Source: an uncultured Chloroflexia bacterium
GTDB taxonomy: Bacteria > Chloroflexota > Limnocylindria > Limnocylindrales > CSP1-4
Reading direction: 5' to 3'
Assembly: GCA_963742075.1 (NCBI GenBank)
Contig: CAVUKR010000003.1
Coordinates: forward strand, 4,248-68,247
DNA: 64,000 nt
Part shown: positions 28,711-38,481 of the stretch, piece after piece
Layout of the letters: the number at the start of each line of letters is the position of its first letter
Position numbering within the stretch: the first letter of the stretch is position 1
Position numbers and translations under genes: made by a program
The notes under the pieces: model-generated
Told to the model about the DNA's origin: nothing
Seen by the model: only the letters and a program-made list of their open reading frames with translations
Databases searched by the model: none

Positions 28711-29985
28711 CTAGATCGTCGCCGCGACCGACGGAGGGATCGGCGTGATGCCGTCGGGCGTGAACAGGTGCTCCTTGCCGCGCCCGCGCTGATCCGTCCG
28801 TCCGTACTGCCAGACGATCCGATCCGTCTTGGGATCGATGAGCACCACGCGATTCCGGAAGTCGTCGTTGACCGCGATCAAGCCGTTCGGCAGCTCGATG
28901 GCCAGGCTTGGATGGTCCAGCCGGCCGGCACCTGATCTCGGCCCGTAGCGCCACAGCACCTTCCCGTGTCGGTCCACCTTCAGGATCGCGCCCGGATTCG
29001 CATAGTCGACGACCAGGACGTCACCGTTCGCCAGGAGCTGGGCGTCGGACGGGTAGCTCGTCGGCACATGGATGTCGAAGACGACGTGCCCGGATGCGTC
29101 GAGGCGAACGACCCGCGACCCGTGGATCTCGGTGATGAGCACTCCGCCGTCGGGGAGGGGTGTATCGCCGTTCGGGCTCCCGTAGGTTCGCGGGGCGTTG
29201 ATGGCGCAGGCGCCCGTTCGACCCCATTGGCGCACGATCTTCTTGGCTTGGGAGACCTCGATGATCCGGCAGTTCCCGATGTCGGCGACGATGACGTCGC
29301 CGTTCGCCAGCGGATAGGCATCATCCGGTGTGTGCAGTAGGCCGAGGCCCGACCCTGCGCGGTCGTACCGGCCGTACTCCCAGATGATCCGCTCGGTCGC
29401 GATGTCGATGCGGACGATGACCTGATGTCCCTCCTCATTCGCGGTGATCGTCTTGCCGTCCGGCGACAGGAAGGCGTCATCGGCCGAGAAGCCCTGACCG
29501 GCGGGGAGGCCATGAGGTTTGGGGAACTGCCAGTGGATGGTCCCGGCGGTATCGACCATCAGGATCCGGCCGTTCTGGCGGTCGGCGATCATGAGGTACC
29601 CGGCGAACGGCCCGGCGGTGACCGGCACGGACGGGCTGGGCGTGGCACCCGGTGCCTGAGAAGCGGGGGCCGTCGGCGTGGCGCCGCTGGAGGCCGACCA
29701 GGAGGAAGACCCGCTTGATTGGCTAGCGGCCGGCTCATTGCCCGAAGGGTGTTCGGATCGGCCGGCTCCCGTCGCGGCGGTCCCTGGGCTTTGTGTTCCG
29801 ATCACGCTCGTGACCAGCAACGCTCCGACCACGACAGCCGCCGCGAGGACGGACCCGAGCAGGATCGGCCCCCCCGGACCGCGTGGCACGCCGTGACCCG
29901 ACGACGTTGGATGGGCCATCGGCTGTCGGTCGGTCACGTATTCCTCCATCGTTGACGACCGAGCCAGCCTGCCTTCACTGGACAT
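28711..29985 (-). CDS. membrane-anchored beta-propeller repeat protein (start uncertain)
   Basis: 424-aa ORF. One TM helix (ILLGSVLAAAVVVGALLV), S/P/A linker, then repeated ..DG.I.W.Y.. / NGD..VAD blades. Confidence 0.7.
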   Translation of the reverse strand: MSSEGRLARSSTMEEYVTDRQPMAHPTSSGHGVPRGPGGPILLGSVLAAAVVVGALLVTSVIGTQSPGTAATGAGRSEHPSGNEPAASQSSGSSSWSASSGATPTAPASQAPGATPSPSVPVTAGPFAGYLMIADRQNGRILMVDTAGTIHWQFPKPHGLPAGQGFSADDAFLSPDGKTITANEEGHQVIVRIDIATERIIWEYGRYDRAGSGLGLLHTPDDAYPLANGDVIVADIGNCRIIEVSQAKKIVRQWGRTGACAINAPRTYGSPNGDTPLPDGGVLITEIHGSRVVRLDASGHVVFDIHVPTSYPSDAQLLANGDVLVVDYANPGAILKVDRHGKVLWRYGPRSGAGRLDHPSLAIELPNGLIAVNDDFRNRVVLIDPKTDRIVWQYGRTDQRGRGKEHLFTPDGITPIPPSVAATI

Positions 29986-31021
29986 CCACGGAGATCACCG
30001 TGTCAAGGAACGCCGGGTCTTCCCCGCCGATCAGGTATCCGCGGCCGCCGACGACGACCGCGGCGGCGTCGGACTCGCGGTATGGAAGGCGGCCGACACG
30101 CTTGACCGCCGCGAGCGCCGGATCGAAGGACCAGATCGCGACGTTCGAGCCGCCGCCCATCACGAGGATCCGGCCGGCGAGCACCATCGCGGCCGCATGG
30201 GAGACGCGGACCGGAAGTCGACCGACCACCGTCGTCTGTCCGGTCGTCGTGTCGAACCGCTGGATCTCGTCGCGATCACCGCTCGATGTCGCGCCACCGA
30301 AGACGAAGATCGACGAGCCAGAGGCCGCGACGGCGGCGTACCGCACGCCGATCTGCAGCCGGCCGACGAGGCGCGCGGAGGTCCCGTCGGCGGTCGCCCA
30401 GATGCGCGCATCCGGTGCGCCGCTCGATCCGCCGCCGACCACGTAGACACGGTCCCCGACCACGACCGTCGAGAGGTCCGCTCGCGCCGCGGGCAGACTC
30501 CCGACGATCGTCCCCGTGGTCCCCGGCGACACGAGTTGGACCGTGCGACCGGCGACCGTGCTGCCGCCTCCGAACAGCAGCAGATGGCCGCCCATGACGG
30601 CACCCGATCCGTCGTGCACGGATCGTGGCAGGCGCCCGGTGCCGCCGAGCCGCCCTGTCGCGACGTCGATCTGGCGGACCTGGCCGGTCGTCCCGTTCGC
30701 GGTGAGCCCGCCCGCGAGCACGATCGTCCCGCCGTCGGCGAACGCGACGGCCCGGCTCAGGCCGACATCCAGGCGCCATGGCAGGACGCCGATCGCAAGA
30801 CGCAACGGCCCCGGCGTCGGGCTGGCGAGCGTGATCGGCGACCCGGATGGATCCCCCGTCGCTTGCGGGACGGGGGCGTCGGTCGGTGCTGAGGCCGGTA
30901 GAGAGGTCGGGATCGAGGCCGGCGAAGCAGATGGGCTGCTGCCGCACGCTGAGAGGGCCACCATCGCTGCGACGCCAAGGAGAGGGCGCGCAGCGGACCT
31001 CAGCCTCCGGCCCGGTCGCAC
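29975..31021 (-). CDS. Kelch-repeat lipoprotein
   Basis: GTG start within ORF 29975-31114 gives VRPGRRLRSAARPLLGVAAMVALSACG (lipobox). Repeated GG-containing blades (LLFGGG, YVVGGG, FVFGGA, LVMGGG, YLIGGE). Confidence 0.7.
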   Translation of the reverse strand: MRPGRRLRSAARPLLGVAAMVALSACGSSPSASPASIPTSLPASAPTDAPVPQATGDPSGSPITLASPTPGPLRLAIGVLPWRLDVGLSRAVAFADGGTIVLAGGLTANGTTGQVRQIDVATGRLGGTGRLPRSVHDGSGAVMGGHLLLFGGGSTVAGRTVQLVSPGTTGTIVGSLPAARADLSTVVVGDRVYVVGGGSSGAPDARIWATADGTSARLVGRLQIGVRYAAVAASGSSIFVFGGATSSGDRDEIQRFDTTTGQTTVVGRLPVRVSHAAAMVLAGRILVMGGGSNVAIWSFDPALAAVKRVGRLPYRESDAAAVVVGGRGYLIGGEDPAFLDTVISVDVQ

Positions 31022-31200
31022 CAGATCGACTCCTCCTTCGACGTCTTGCTCGACTTGGGCCACCGTCAGCGTCGAACCTGAGAGGTTGCTGAGAAGGAGC
31101 GACAGGACTCCCACCGACCGCGTGATGGGACGGGGTTTCCGAGCCGGACTACGATGTCCACACTGCCATCCGAACCCACGTCAGCCCAGGAGGGACCCCG

Positions 31201-32646
31201 ATGACCGACGTCCTCGAGCGCGTCAAGACCTATCAGCAGTTCATCGGCGGCGAATGGGTCGACTCGGCCGCCGGGACGACGCTCGACGTCGAGAACCCGG
31301 CCGACGGCAAGGTCATCGCCAGGGTCCAGGCGTCAGGGGCCGAGGACGTGGACCGCGCCGTCAACGCGGCCGCGACGGCGTTCGAGACCTGGCAGCACAC
31401 GACCCCGGCCGAACGGAGCGGGATGCTCCTCAAGTTGGCCGACGCGATCGAGGCCCGCGCCGACGAGCTCGGGCGGCTCGAGTCGAAGAACGCCGGCAAG
31501 CCGGTCGGCGCGGCGATCGACGAGATCCCGGTCGTCGTCGACAACCTGCGTTTCTTCGCCGGGGCTGCGCGGGTGATGGAGGGCAAGGCGGCCAACGAGT
31601 ACATGGCCGGCCACACCTCGATGATCCGCCGCGAGCCGGTCGGCGTGGTCGCATCGATCGCGCCGTGGAACTACCCGATCATGATGGCCGGCTGGAAGAT
31701 CGGCCCGGCCCTGGCGGCCGGCAACGCGGTCGTCCTGAAGCCATCGGCCCGCACGCCGCTGACTGCCCTCGTCCTCGCCGAGATCGCCGCGGACATCCTC
31801 CCGCCTGGCGTCCTCAACGTGATCACCGGGACCGGCGCCACGATCGGCGACCCGCTCGTCGCGCACCCGAAGGTCGGGATGATCTCGGTCACCGGCGATA
31901 CCGATACCGGCAAGCACATCGCCCGGACCGCGGCCGAGAAGGTCAAGCGGCTCCACCTCGAACTCGGTGGGAAGGCGCCGGTCGTCGTCTTCGACGACGC
32001 CGACATGGAGGCCGTCATCGAGAACATCAAGCTGTTCGGCTACTGGAACAGCGGCCAGGACTGCACAGCCGCCTGCCGGGTCATCACCGGCCCGAAGATC
32101 TACGACAAGTTCGTGGCCGACCTCGCCGACGCGGTCAAGACCATCAAGTGGGGCGACCCGGCCGAGGGCGACGACATCGAGATGGGCTCGCTCATCGCGG
32201 CCGCCCAGGCCGACAAGGTCGAGGGGATGGTCGATCGAGCGCGTTCGGGCGCGGAGATCGTGACCGGCGGCCATCGACCGCAGCGCCCGGGCGCCTACTA
32301 CGAACCGACCGTGGTCGCAGGCCCGGACCAGCGCAGCGAGATCGTCCAGGACGAGGTGTTCGGCCCTGTCGTCAGCGTCCAGCGCTTCAGCGACGAGGCG
32401 CAGGCCATCGCCTGGGCCAATGACGTCCGGTTCGGCCTCGCAGCTTCCGTCTGGACGGGCGACGCCGGCAAGGCGATGCGTGTCGCCAAGGCGATCCAGT
32501 TCGGGACCGTCTGGATCAACGACCACTTCATGCTGGTGTCCGAGATGCCGCACGGAGGCTTCAAGGAATCCGGCTATGGCAAGGACCAGAGCATGTACGC
32601 GATCGAGGACTACACGGTCGTCAAGCACGTGATGCTCAAGATCTGA
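31201..32646 (+). CDS. NAD-dependent aldehyde dehydrogenase (aminobutyraldehyde dehydrogenase-like)
   Basis: 481-aa ORF. APWNYP, LELGGKAP, catalytic-Cys block NSGQDCTA, EVFGPV, PHGGFKESGYG. Confidence 0.9.
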   Translation: MTDVLERVKTYQQFIGGEWVDSAAGTTLDVENPADGKVIARVQASGAEDVDRAVNAAATAFETWQHTTPAERSGMLLKLADAIEARADELGRLESKNAGKPVGAAIDEIPVVVDNLRFFAGAARVMEGKAANEYMAGHTSMIRREPVGVVASIAPWNYPIMMAGWKIGPALAAGNAVVLKPSARTPLTALVLAEIAADILPPGVLNVITGTGATIGDPLVAHPKVGMISVTGDTDTGKHIARTAAEKVKRLHLELGGKAPVVVFDDADMEAVIENIKLFGYWNSGQDCTAACRVITGPKIYDKFVADLADAVKTIKWGDPAEGDDIEMGSLIAAAQADKVEGMVDRARSGAEIVTGGHRPQRPGAYYEPTVVAGPDQRSEIVQDEVFGPVVSVQRFSDEAQAIAWANDVRFGLAASVWTGDAGKAMRVAKAIQFGTVWINDHFMLVSEMPHGGFKESGYGKDQSMYAIEDYTVVKHVMLKI

Positions 32647-33579
32647 GGGCGGCCCTCAGCTCGCCGACCCGTCCGATCGTGTCGAGGTCGAACGGGGCGC
32701 GGAACGTGAAGATGACCTCGCCGACCCCGAGCCGGCGGTAGCCATCGAGATAGGCAGCGACGTCCGCGACGGACCCGCCGACCGACAGCCCGCGATCCGA
32801 GCCGTCGGCTCCCGTGCGTCCATCGAGCCCGTATCGTCGGGCGATGTCGGCCCAGGCGGCGAGCGCCGGCGTCCGCCGACTCGCGGACGACCGCGTCGAT
32901 GGTCACGGTCCGCTCGATGGCGTCGAACGGGCGGCCGGCCTCCGCGCAGCGCTCGCGCAGGATCTCGCTGGTCGCCGCGATCCGCTCGGGCGGGCCGTAG
33001 CCGTTCCACAGGTCGGCGTGACGAGCCGTCGTCCGGAGCGTCTTGGTCGGACCGGATCCGCCGATCAGGATCGGCAGGCGGGCCTGGACCGGTCGCGGCG
33101 TACAGAGCGCGTCGTGCATCGTGTAGAACCGGCCCTCGTGCGTCACGCGGTCGCCGTCGAGCAGCCGCCGGATCAGCCCGACCGCCTCCTCGAGCCGGTC
33201 GAGACGCTCCCCGAACCCGCCACCGAAATCGAGCCCGAAGGCGTCGTGCTCGCGCTCGAACCATCCGCCACCGAGGCCGAGGACGAGTCGACCGTTCGAG
33301 ATGTGGTCGACCGTCGTCGCGAGCTTGGCGGTCAGGCCCGGGCCGCGGAACGTGTTGGCCGCCACGAGCAGCCCGAGCCGGACACGGTCGGTGATGCCTG
33401 CCAGCGGCGGACAGCGTCGCCCAGCCCTCGAGCTTCGGGTCGCTCGGATCCCCCTCGTCGGCGAGCAGGTGATCGTCGATCCAGAGCGAATCCCAGCCGG
33501 CCGCCTCCGCGGCCAGACACGCGTCGCGCAGCTCCGGCCAGGTCGTCTGGTTGATCCAGACCGCAGCACCGAACTTCAT
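32636..33579 (-). CDS. LLM-class (luciferase-like, probably F420-dependent) oxidoreductase, spread over three frames as assembled
   Basis: N-terminus MKFGAAVWINQTTWPELRDACLAAEAAGWDSLWIDDHLL (frame of ORF 32656-33729). Middle LAGITDRVRLGLLVAANTFRGPGL...LGLGGGWFEREHDAFG...ILIGGSGP (frame of ORF 32610-33569). C-terminus AAWADIARRYGLDG...LGVGEVIFTFRAPFDLDTIGRVGELRAALRS* (third frame). Confidence 0.75.
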
Positions 33580-33597
33580 GTCGCCTATCGTAGGGGC

Positions 33598-34455
33598 GTG
33601 GCCACCCCCATCACGCGACGACGGTTCACCTCGCGTCTCTTCCATTGGCACGAGACGGCGCGCCGGCCGCTCCTGATCCGGGAGGCGGTGACCCCATGGG
33701 AGGTGCTCGTCGCGGAGGTGATGTCGCAACAGACCGGCATCGAGCGCGTCGGGCCGGCCTGGCGCCTATTCGTGGACCGCTGGCCGACGCCCGGGGACCT
33801 GGCCGACGCCGGGACCCACGATCTCCTCGCGGCATGGTCGGGGCTGGGCTACAACCGGCGGGCCCTCGCGCTGCGACAGGCCGCGCGGACGATCGTCGGC
33901 GAGCACTGCGGTCGCGTGCCGGCGACGGTCGCGGAGCTCGAGTCATTGCCGGGGATCGGTCCGTACACCGCCCGCGCCGTCGCCGCCTCGGCATTCGGCG
34001 TTCCCGTCGCACCCCTCGACGTGAACGTGCGACGAGTCGTCGGTCGCGTGCTGGGGGTGCCGCCCGGCTCACCCGGTCTCCAGGCCGCGGCGGATGACCT
34101 CGTCGCCCGCAGTGATCCCGGTCGCTGGCTCGATGCCGTCACGGATCTCGCATCGGGAACGTGCACGGTCCGTTCGCCACTGTGCGATGCATGTCCGCTC
34201 GCGACGCTGTGCGTCTCACGCGGCATGGTCGTCGTCGACGGTCCGAAGGCCGCGGCCGTGCCGTTCGCGATGACGACCCGCTGGCTTCGCGGTCGTCTCG
34301 TCGCGACCGTGACCGCGGCGCCGGCCGGGACCTGGGTGCGACTCCCTGAACGACTGGGCGACCACGATGGCGATGCGATCGGCCTCGCTGCACGCGGCCT
34401 CGAACGCGAGGGGTTCCTTGATGTCGAAGCTGGAATGGCACGCGTCCGCCCATGA
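33598..34455 (+). CDS. HhH-GPD A/G-specific adenine glycosylase-like protein (MutY/Nth superfamily)
   Basis: GTG start within ORF 33301-34455. PWEVLVAEVMSQQT, GLGYNRRA, LPGIGPYTA, and the 4Fe-4S motif C-x6-C-x2-C-x5-C (CTVRSPLCDACPLATLC). Confidence 0.7.
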   Translation: MATPITRRRFTSRLFHWHETARRPLLIREAVTPWEVLVAEVMSQQTGIERVGPAWRLFVDRWPTPGDLADAGTHDLLAAWSGLGYNRRALALRQAARTIVGEHCGRVPATVAELESLPGIGPYTARAVAASAFGVPVAPLDVNVRRVVGRVLGVPPGSPGLQAAADDLVARSDPGRWLDAVTDLASGTCTVRSPLCDACPLATLCVSRGMVVVDGPKAAAVPFAMTTRWLRGRLVATVTAAPAGTWVRLPERLGDHDGDAIGLAARGLEREGFLDVEAGMARVRP

Positions 34456-35075
34456 CGTCCCCCGGTCATTCGCCCGATCCGGGCGGTCCGTCCGACCGCA
34501 GGCTGCCGATCGGCCTCCTGCTGATCGCGGTCGCGATCATCGCGTTCACTGTCGTCTCGCCTCGATCGGGAGGCGGAGGGTCCGCCGGGATCGACCCGAG
34601 CCCGATCGGGTCGCCGACGCCCGCTTCGGTGACCCCCTCGCCGTTGCGCTCGAACGCTCCGGCATCGGCCACGCCGGAAACGTCGGCCCCATCTGACTCG
34701 GCAAGCCCCCAACCCTCGTCGACTCCCGCGCCCTCGTCGACCGTCGTGCGACAAGGGATCGCAGAATGCGTGAGGACTTCGGCCGCCGCGTGTACGAAGG
34801 CCATCGCGCTGGCTCGAAAGGGACACGAGACCGAGGTCGCCGGCGCGACACGCATCGTCGTCGATGACACATGCCCGCCCACCGCCATGTGCGATCGGAA
34901 ATACCCGTTCGACGCGATCGTGGTCTTCGTGACCGCCGGCGCCGACACGACCGGGTGGTATAGCGCCGAGGTCGTCGGGCTCGAGTATGACCAGCCGACC
35001 AAGGTCGTCGCGTGGCAGGGGAACGTGCCCGCTCACATCGTCGCGCGGCTGCGGGAACCCCAGCCCACGCCCTGA
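34452..35075 (+). CDS. membrane-anchored hypothetical protein
   Basis: 207-aa ORF with ATGA overlap onto the previous stop. TM helix LPIGLLLIAVAIIAFTVV, S/P-rich linker, Cys-containing C-terminal domain. Confidence 0.6.
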   Translation: MTSPGHSPDPGGPSDRRLPIGLLLIAVAIIAFTVVSPRSGGGGSAGIDPSPIGSPTPASVTPSPLRSNAPASATPETSAPSDSASPQPSSTPAPSSTVVRQGIAECVRTSAAACTKAIALARKGHETEVAGATRIVVDDTCPPTAMCDRKYPFDAIVVFVTAGADTTGWYSAEVVGLEYDQPTKVVAWQGNVPAHIVARLREPQPTP

Positions 35076-35097
35076 CTTCGGCTACGCTTCGAGGGCG

Positions 35098-35907
35098 ATG
35101 CCCGCCACTGCGCACCCCTCCACGCCCGACGCCGCTCCGCCGCTGCCCGCCGACGATCCGTCGATCTTCGAGATGGACCTGCGGGGACTTCGCCGGCACT
35201 GGGCCGCGCGAGCCGACCTGCCCGCCATCTCCGCCGAGACGATGACCGGGGCGGACCGGCGTGCCCAGGCGCTCGGCTACCCGGAGCTCCGGCTGATGGA
35301 GCACGCCGGCACGGCCGTCGCCGCCGCGGTCAAGGCGCTCGCCGGCGACCTCGGCCGGTGGGGGAGTGGCCCGATCGTCGTCATGTGCGGGCCGGGCAAC
35401 AACGGCGGCGACGGGTTCGTGGCGGCGCGACGCCTGGCCCTCGCCGGGGCGTCGGTGATCGTCGCGGTCGTCGCCACGGACGCCCGCCCGCGCGGGGCCT
35501 CGTCGGCACGCAACTGGGACCGCGTCGCCCGCGACAATGGCATCGTCAAGGTCCACCTCGCGGTCCCGCGCGACGTGGCGATGTTCGCGCACGGCGTCGA
35601 GAAGGCCGCCGTCGTCGTGGACGCGCTGCTCGGGACAGGCGTCCACGGGGCGCTTCGCGAGCCGATCCGCTCGGCGGTCGAGGTCATCGGCCAGGCGCGC
35701 GCCGCCGGCGTCCCGGTCGTCGCAGTGGACACTCCGACCGCCATCGACCTGTCGAGCGGCGAGCCGTCCGACCCGGCGGTCATCGCCGACCTGACAGTCA
35801 CCTTCCACCGGCCTAAGACCGGCCTCCTGACACGTCGCGGCGCCGCGTATGCGGGCCGGATCCTCGTCGCACCGATCGGCATCCCGGCCGAGGCGGATCG
35901 TGGCTGA
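35098..35907 (+). CDS. NAD(P)H-hydrate epimerase (YjeF N-terminal domain family)
   Basis: Internal ATG of ORF 34987-35907. LMEHAG, VMCGPGNNGGDGFV, DALLGTG. Confidence 0.8.
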   Translation: MPATAHPSTPDAAPPLPADDPSIFEMDLRGLRRHWAARADLPAISAETMTGADRRAQALGYPELRLMEHAGTAVAAAVKALAGDLGRWGSGPIVVMCGPGNNGGDGFVAARRLALAGASVIVAVVATDARPRGASSARNWDRVARDNGIVKVHLAVPRDVAMFAHGVEKAAVVVDALLGTGVHGALREPIRSAVEVIGQARAAGVPVVAVDTPTAIDLSSGEPSDPAVIADLTVTFHRPKTGLLTRRGAAYAGRILVAPIGIPAEADRG

Positions 35908-36130
35908 GCCCCGGGGCGTCGGCCGTCAGGCCGGCTGGCGCGAGGTCCTGATCGTCGCCGGGATCGCCGTCGCCGTCGTGCTCGGGCTCGCCGTCCTGAC
36001 GAGCATCCTCCCGGTCGGTCTCCAGGAGATCGTGTTCCACACGCCGCTGGCCATCCTCGTGCTCATCGTGGGGACGGGCTGGCTGCTGTGGCGGATCTCG
36101 CGCCAGCCGCCGGGCTCGGCCGGAGGATGA
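35900..36130 (+). CDS. small two-TM membrane protein
   Basis: GTG overlaps the upstream stop and the stop overlaps the glpD ATG (ATGA). Hydrophobic segments VLIVAGIAVAVVLGLAVL and LAILVLIVGTGWLLW. Confidence 0.5.
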   Translation: MAEPRGVGRQAGWREVLIVAGIAVAVVLGLAVLTSILPVGLQEIVFHTPLAILVLIVGTGWLLWRISRQPPGSAGG

Positions 36131-37833
36131 TCGAGCCGTCGGAGACGCTGCCCCGTCGCGTGTCGCCGCTCGAGCGACGTGCCCTCGACCTCGCGGCCGT
36201 CGCCGGCGAGACGTGGGACGTGGTGATCGTCGGTGGCGGCATCGTCGGGACGGGGGCCCTGCTCGATGCGGTCTCGCGCGGGATGCGCGCGGTCCTCGTC
36301 GAGCAGGACGACATCGCCGCCGGCACCTCGTCGCGCTCGTCTCGGCTCATCCACGGCGGGCTGCGCTACCTCGAGCAATTCCGCTTCGGCCTGGTCCGCG
36401 AGGCGCTGGCCGAGCGGTCTCGGCTGCTGTCGCTGGCCCCGCACCTCGTCACCATCCAGCCGCTCCTCTTTCCGATCTACGGGCTGCCGTACGCCTCGAA
36501 GGCGTTCTATGACACCGGCCTGACGCTCTACGACATCCTCGGGGCGCGGCATGACGGCGGCTGGCATCGGCGGCTGTCGCGGGCGGACACCCTGGACCTC
36601 GCGCCGACCCTTCGGCACGAGGGACTTCGCGGCGGGCTGCTCTACCACGATGGGGTCGAGGACGACGCGCGGTACACGCTGGCGGTGGCTAGGACGGCGG
36701 TCGCGGCCGGGGGCATGGTGCTCACCCGCGTCCGCGCCACCGGCGTTCGCACGGACGAGACCGGCGGGACGATCAGCCCCCTGGGCGCCGAGGACCTGCT
36801 GACCGGCGCGACCTTCGAGATCCGGACACGTGCGGTTGTCGACGCGACCGGCGTCTGGGCCGCCGAGGCAGACCATCCGTTCAAGGGCGGCTCGCTCCGG
36901 ATCCTGCCCAGTCGCGGCGCCCATCTCGTCGTCCCGCGCGAACGCATCGCGAACAAGGCCGGGCTCACCATCCGGGTGCCGGGCAAGATCGTCTTCCTCG
37001 TCCCGTGGCCCGACCACTGGCTGATCGGCACGACGGACGCCCCCTTCGACGGGCCGGCCGAGAGGCCCTCCGCGGCCGGCTGGGAAGTGGACCGCCTCCT
37101 CGACACGGTCAACGCGACGATGGACGTGGACCTGACCCGGGCCGACGTGGTCGGCACGTACGCGGGGCTGCGGCCGCTCATCGCGCAGGGCGGATCCACG
37201 GTCAAGGCCTCGCGAGAGCACCGGGTCACGGTCGAACCGAACGGCGTCGTCCGGATCGGCGGCGGCAAGTACACGACCTATCGGGTCATGGCCCGCGACG
37301 TGATCGACGCGGTCCTCGGGCGGGACGAGGCCAGGCGCCGGCCGAGCGACACCGCCGAACGCCGCCTTGTCGGCGCCACGGAAACGGATGCCCTCGCAAG
37401 GATCGCCGGGGAACTCTCGACGATCCCGGCCGTGCGGGAGGTCGGACCGGAGACGGCGGCCCGGCTGGTCGCCCGGCACGGAACGGAGGCGCCCGCGGTC
37501 GTCGCCCTCGGCGCGGAGCTTGACCTCCTGCATCCTCTCGTCCCGGGCCGGGTCTTCCTCGAGGCCGAGGTCGCGTGGGCCGCTCGGCACGAGCTGGCCC
37601 TGTCGCTCGATGACGTCCTCGCGCGCCGGACCCGGCTCGCGCAGGAACTGCCCGATCGTGGGGCCGCGATCGCCCCGCGGGTCGCCGCGATCCTGGCCGC
37701 CGACCTCGATTGGGGCGAGACGCGGCAGCGTCTCGAAGTCGACGCGTTCCTCGCGTCGGCGCGCCGCGAGTTCTCGGTCGCGCCGCCGGATGGGCCGGCG
37801 CCGGAGGACGAGGGACCGTCGGGCGGGGACTGA
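36127..37833 (+). CDS. glpD: FAD-dependent glycerol-3-phosphate dehydrogenase
   Basis: Internal ATG of ORF 36088-37833. DVVIVGGGIVGTG, SSRSSRLIHGGLRYL, GGKYTTYR. Confidence 0.85.
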   Translation: MIEPSETLPRRVSPLERRALDLAAVAGETWDVVIVGGGIVGTGALLDAVSRGMRAVLVEQDDIAAGTSSRSSRLIHGGLRYLEQFRFGLVREALAERSRLLSLAPHLVTIQPLLFPIYGLPYASKAFYDTGLTLYDILGARHDGGWHRRLSRADTLDLAPTLRHEGLRGGLLYHDGVEDDARYTLAVARTAVAAGGMVLTRVRATGVRTDETGGTISPLGAEDLLTGATFEIRTRAVVDATGVWAAEADHPFKGGSLRILPSRGAHLVVPRERIANKAGLTIRVPGKIVFLVPWPDHWLIGTTDAPFDGPAERPSAAGWEVDRLLDTVNATMDVDLTRADVVGTYAGLRPLIAQGGSTVKASREHRVTVEPNGVVRIGGGKYTTYRVMARDVIDAVLGRDEARRRPSDTAERRLVGATETDALARIAGELSTIPAVREVGPETAARLVARHGTEAPAVVALGAELDLLHPLVPGRVFLEAEVAWAARHELALSLDDVLARRTRLAQELPDRGAAIAPRVAAILAADLDWGETRQRLEVDAFLASARREFSVAPPDGPAPEDEGPSGGD

Positions 37834-37891
37834 CGGTGACGCGGGGAGCAACGGGTCCATTTCGTGCTCGCGGGAGCCCGAAAGTCAGGTA

Positions 37892-37920
37892 TTGGCAAGC
37901 GTATGCGAACCGCGTACCAT
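37892..37920 (+). promoter_or_regulatory. sigma-70-like promoter candidate for the zinc-ribbon gene
   Basis: TTGGCA (37892-37897), 17 nt, then TACCAT (37915-37920), in a locally lower-GC intergenic stretch. Confidence 0.35.
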
Positions 37921-38020
37921 CCCGCCTGAAAACGCCATGGAAGGGTCCGTGGCCGGATATGTAGCTCGACACGACTCGGACTCCTCTCACGGCTGACGCG
38001 AGAAACCCGACGGGATCGCG

Positions 38021-38428
38021 TTGGCTACCGAGAGGAGTTTTGTCTTCGTGTACAACGACAAGAACCTGACCTGCGCGGACTGCGGACAGGAGTTCGTGTT
38101 CACCGCCTCCGAGCAGGATTTCTACGCGCAGCGTGGCTTCACCGAGCCCCGCCGCTGCCCGTCCTGTCGTGCCAGCCGCAAGGCTGCCCGCAACGCGGAC
38201 GGGGGCGGCAGCTCGTATGGCGGCTACGGGGCCGGCGGCGGGTATTCCGCCGGTGGCTCGGGCGGCGGCTACGGCGGCGGCGGCTACAGCTCCCGCGATC
38301 GCGGTCCCCGCGAGATGTTCTCGGCGACGTGCTCGTCCTGCGGCCGCGAGGCCCAGGTCCCGTTCCGTCCGACCAGCGGCAAGCCGGTCTACTGCAGCGA
38401 CTGCTTCCGGAGCCAGCGCGGCGGCTGA
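38021..38428 (+). CDS. double CxxC zinc-ribbon protein with Gly/Tyr/Ser-rich low-complexity linker
   Basis: ORF track entry. The start may be the GTG at 38048, after GAGAGGAG. N-terminal LTCADCGQEFVFTASEQDFYAQRGFTEPRRCPSCR, linker GGGSSYGGYGAGGGYSAGGSGGGYGGGGYSS, C-terminal CSSCGREAQVPFRPTSGKPVYCSDCF. Confidence 0.75.
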   Translation: MATERSFVFVYNDKNLTCADCGQEFVFTASEQDFYAQRGFTEPRRCPSCRASRKAARNADGGGSSYGGYGAGGGYSAGGSGGGYGGGGYSSRDRGPREMFSATCSSCGREAQVPFRPTSGKPVYCSDCFRSQRGG

Positions 38429-38481
38429 CCCAGTCCTCTCGGTGCGGTCCGACCCACGGCCCGCCGAACCAGCGTGATCTC

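Noticed and set aside
38190-38300. The GGC/TAC-rich repetitive DNA in the zinc-ribbon gene, and the Pro/Thr-coding repeats at 14320-14430, as possible CRISPR arrays or VNTR arrays.
   Set aside because: They are in-frame low-complexity coding segments (G/Y/S and P/T linkers). There is no repeat-spacer periodicity, and no CRISPR-like array exists anywhere in the window.
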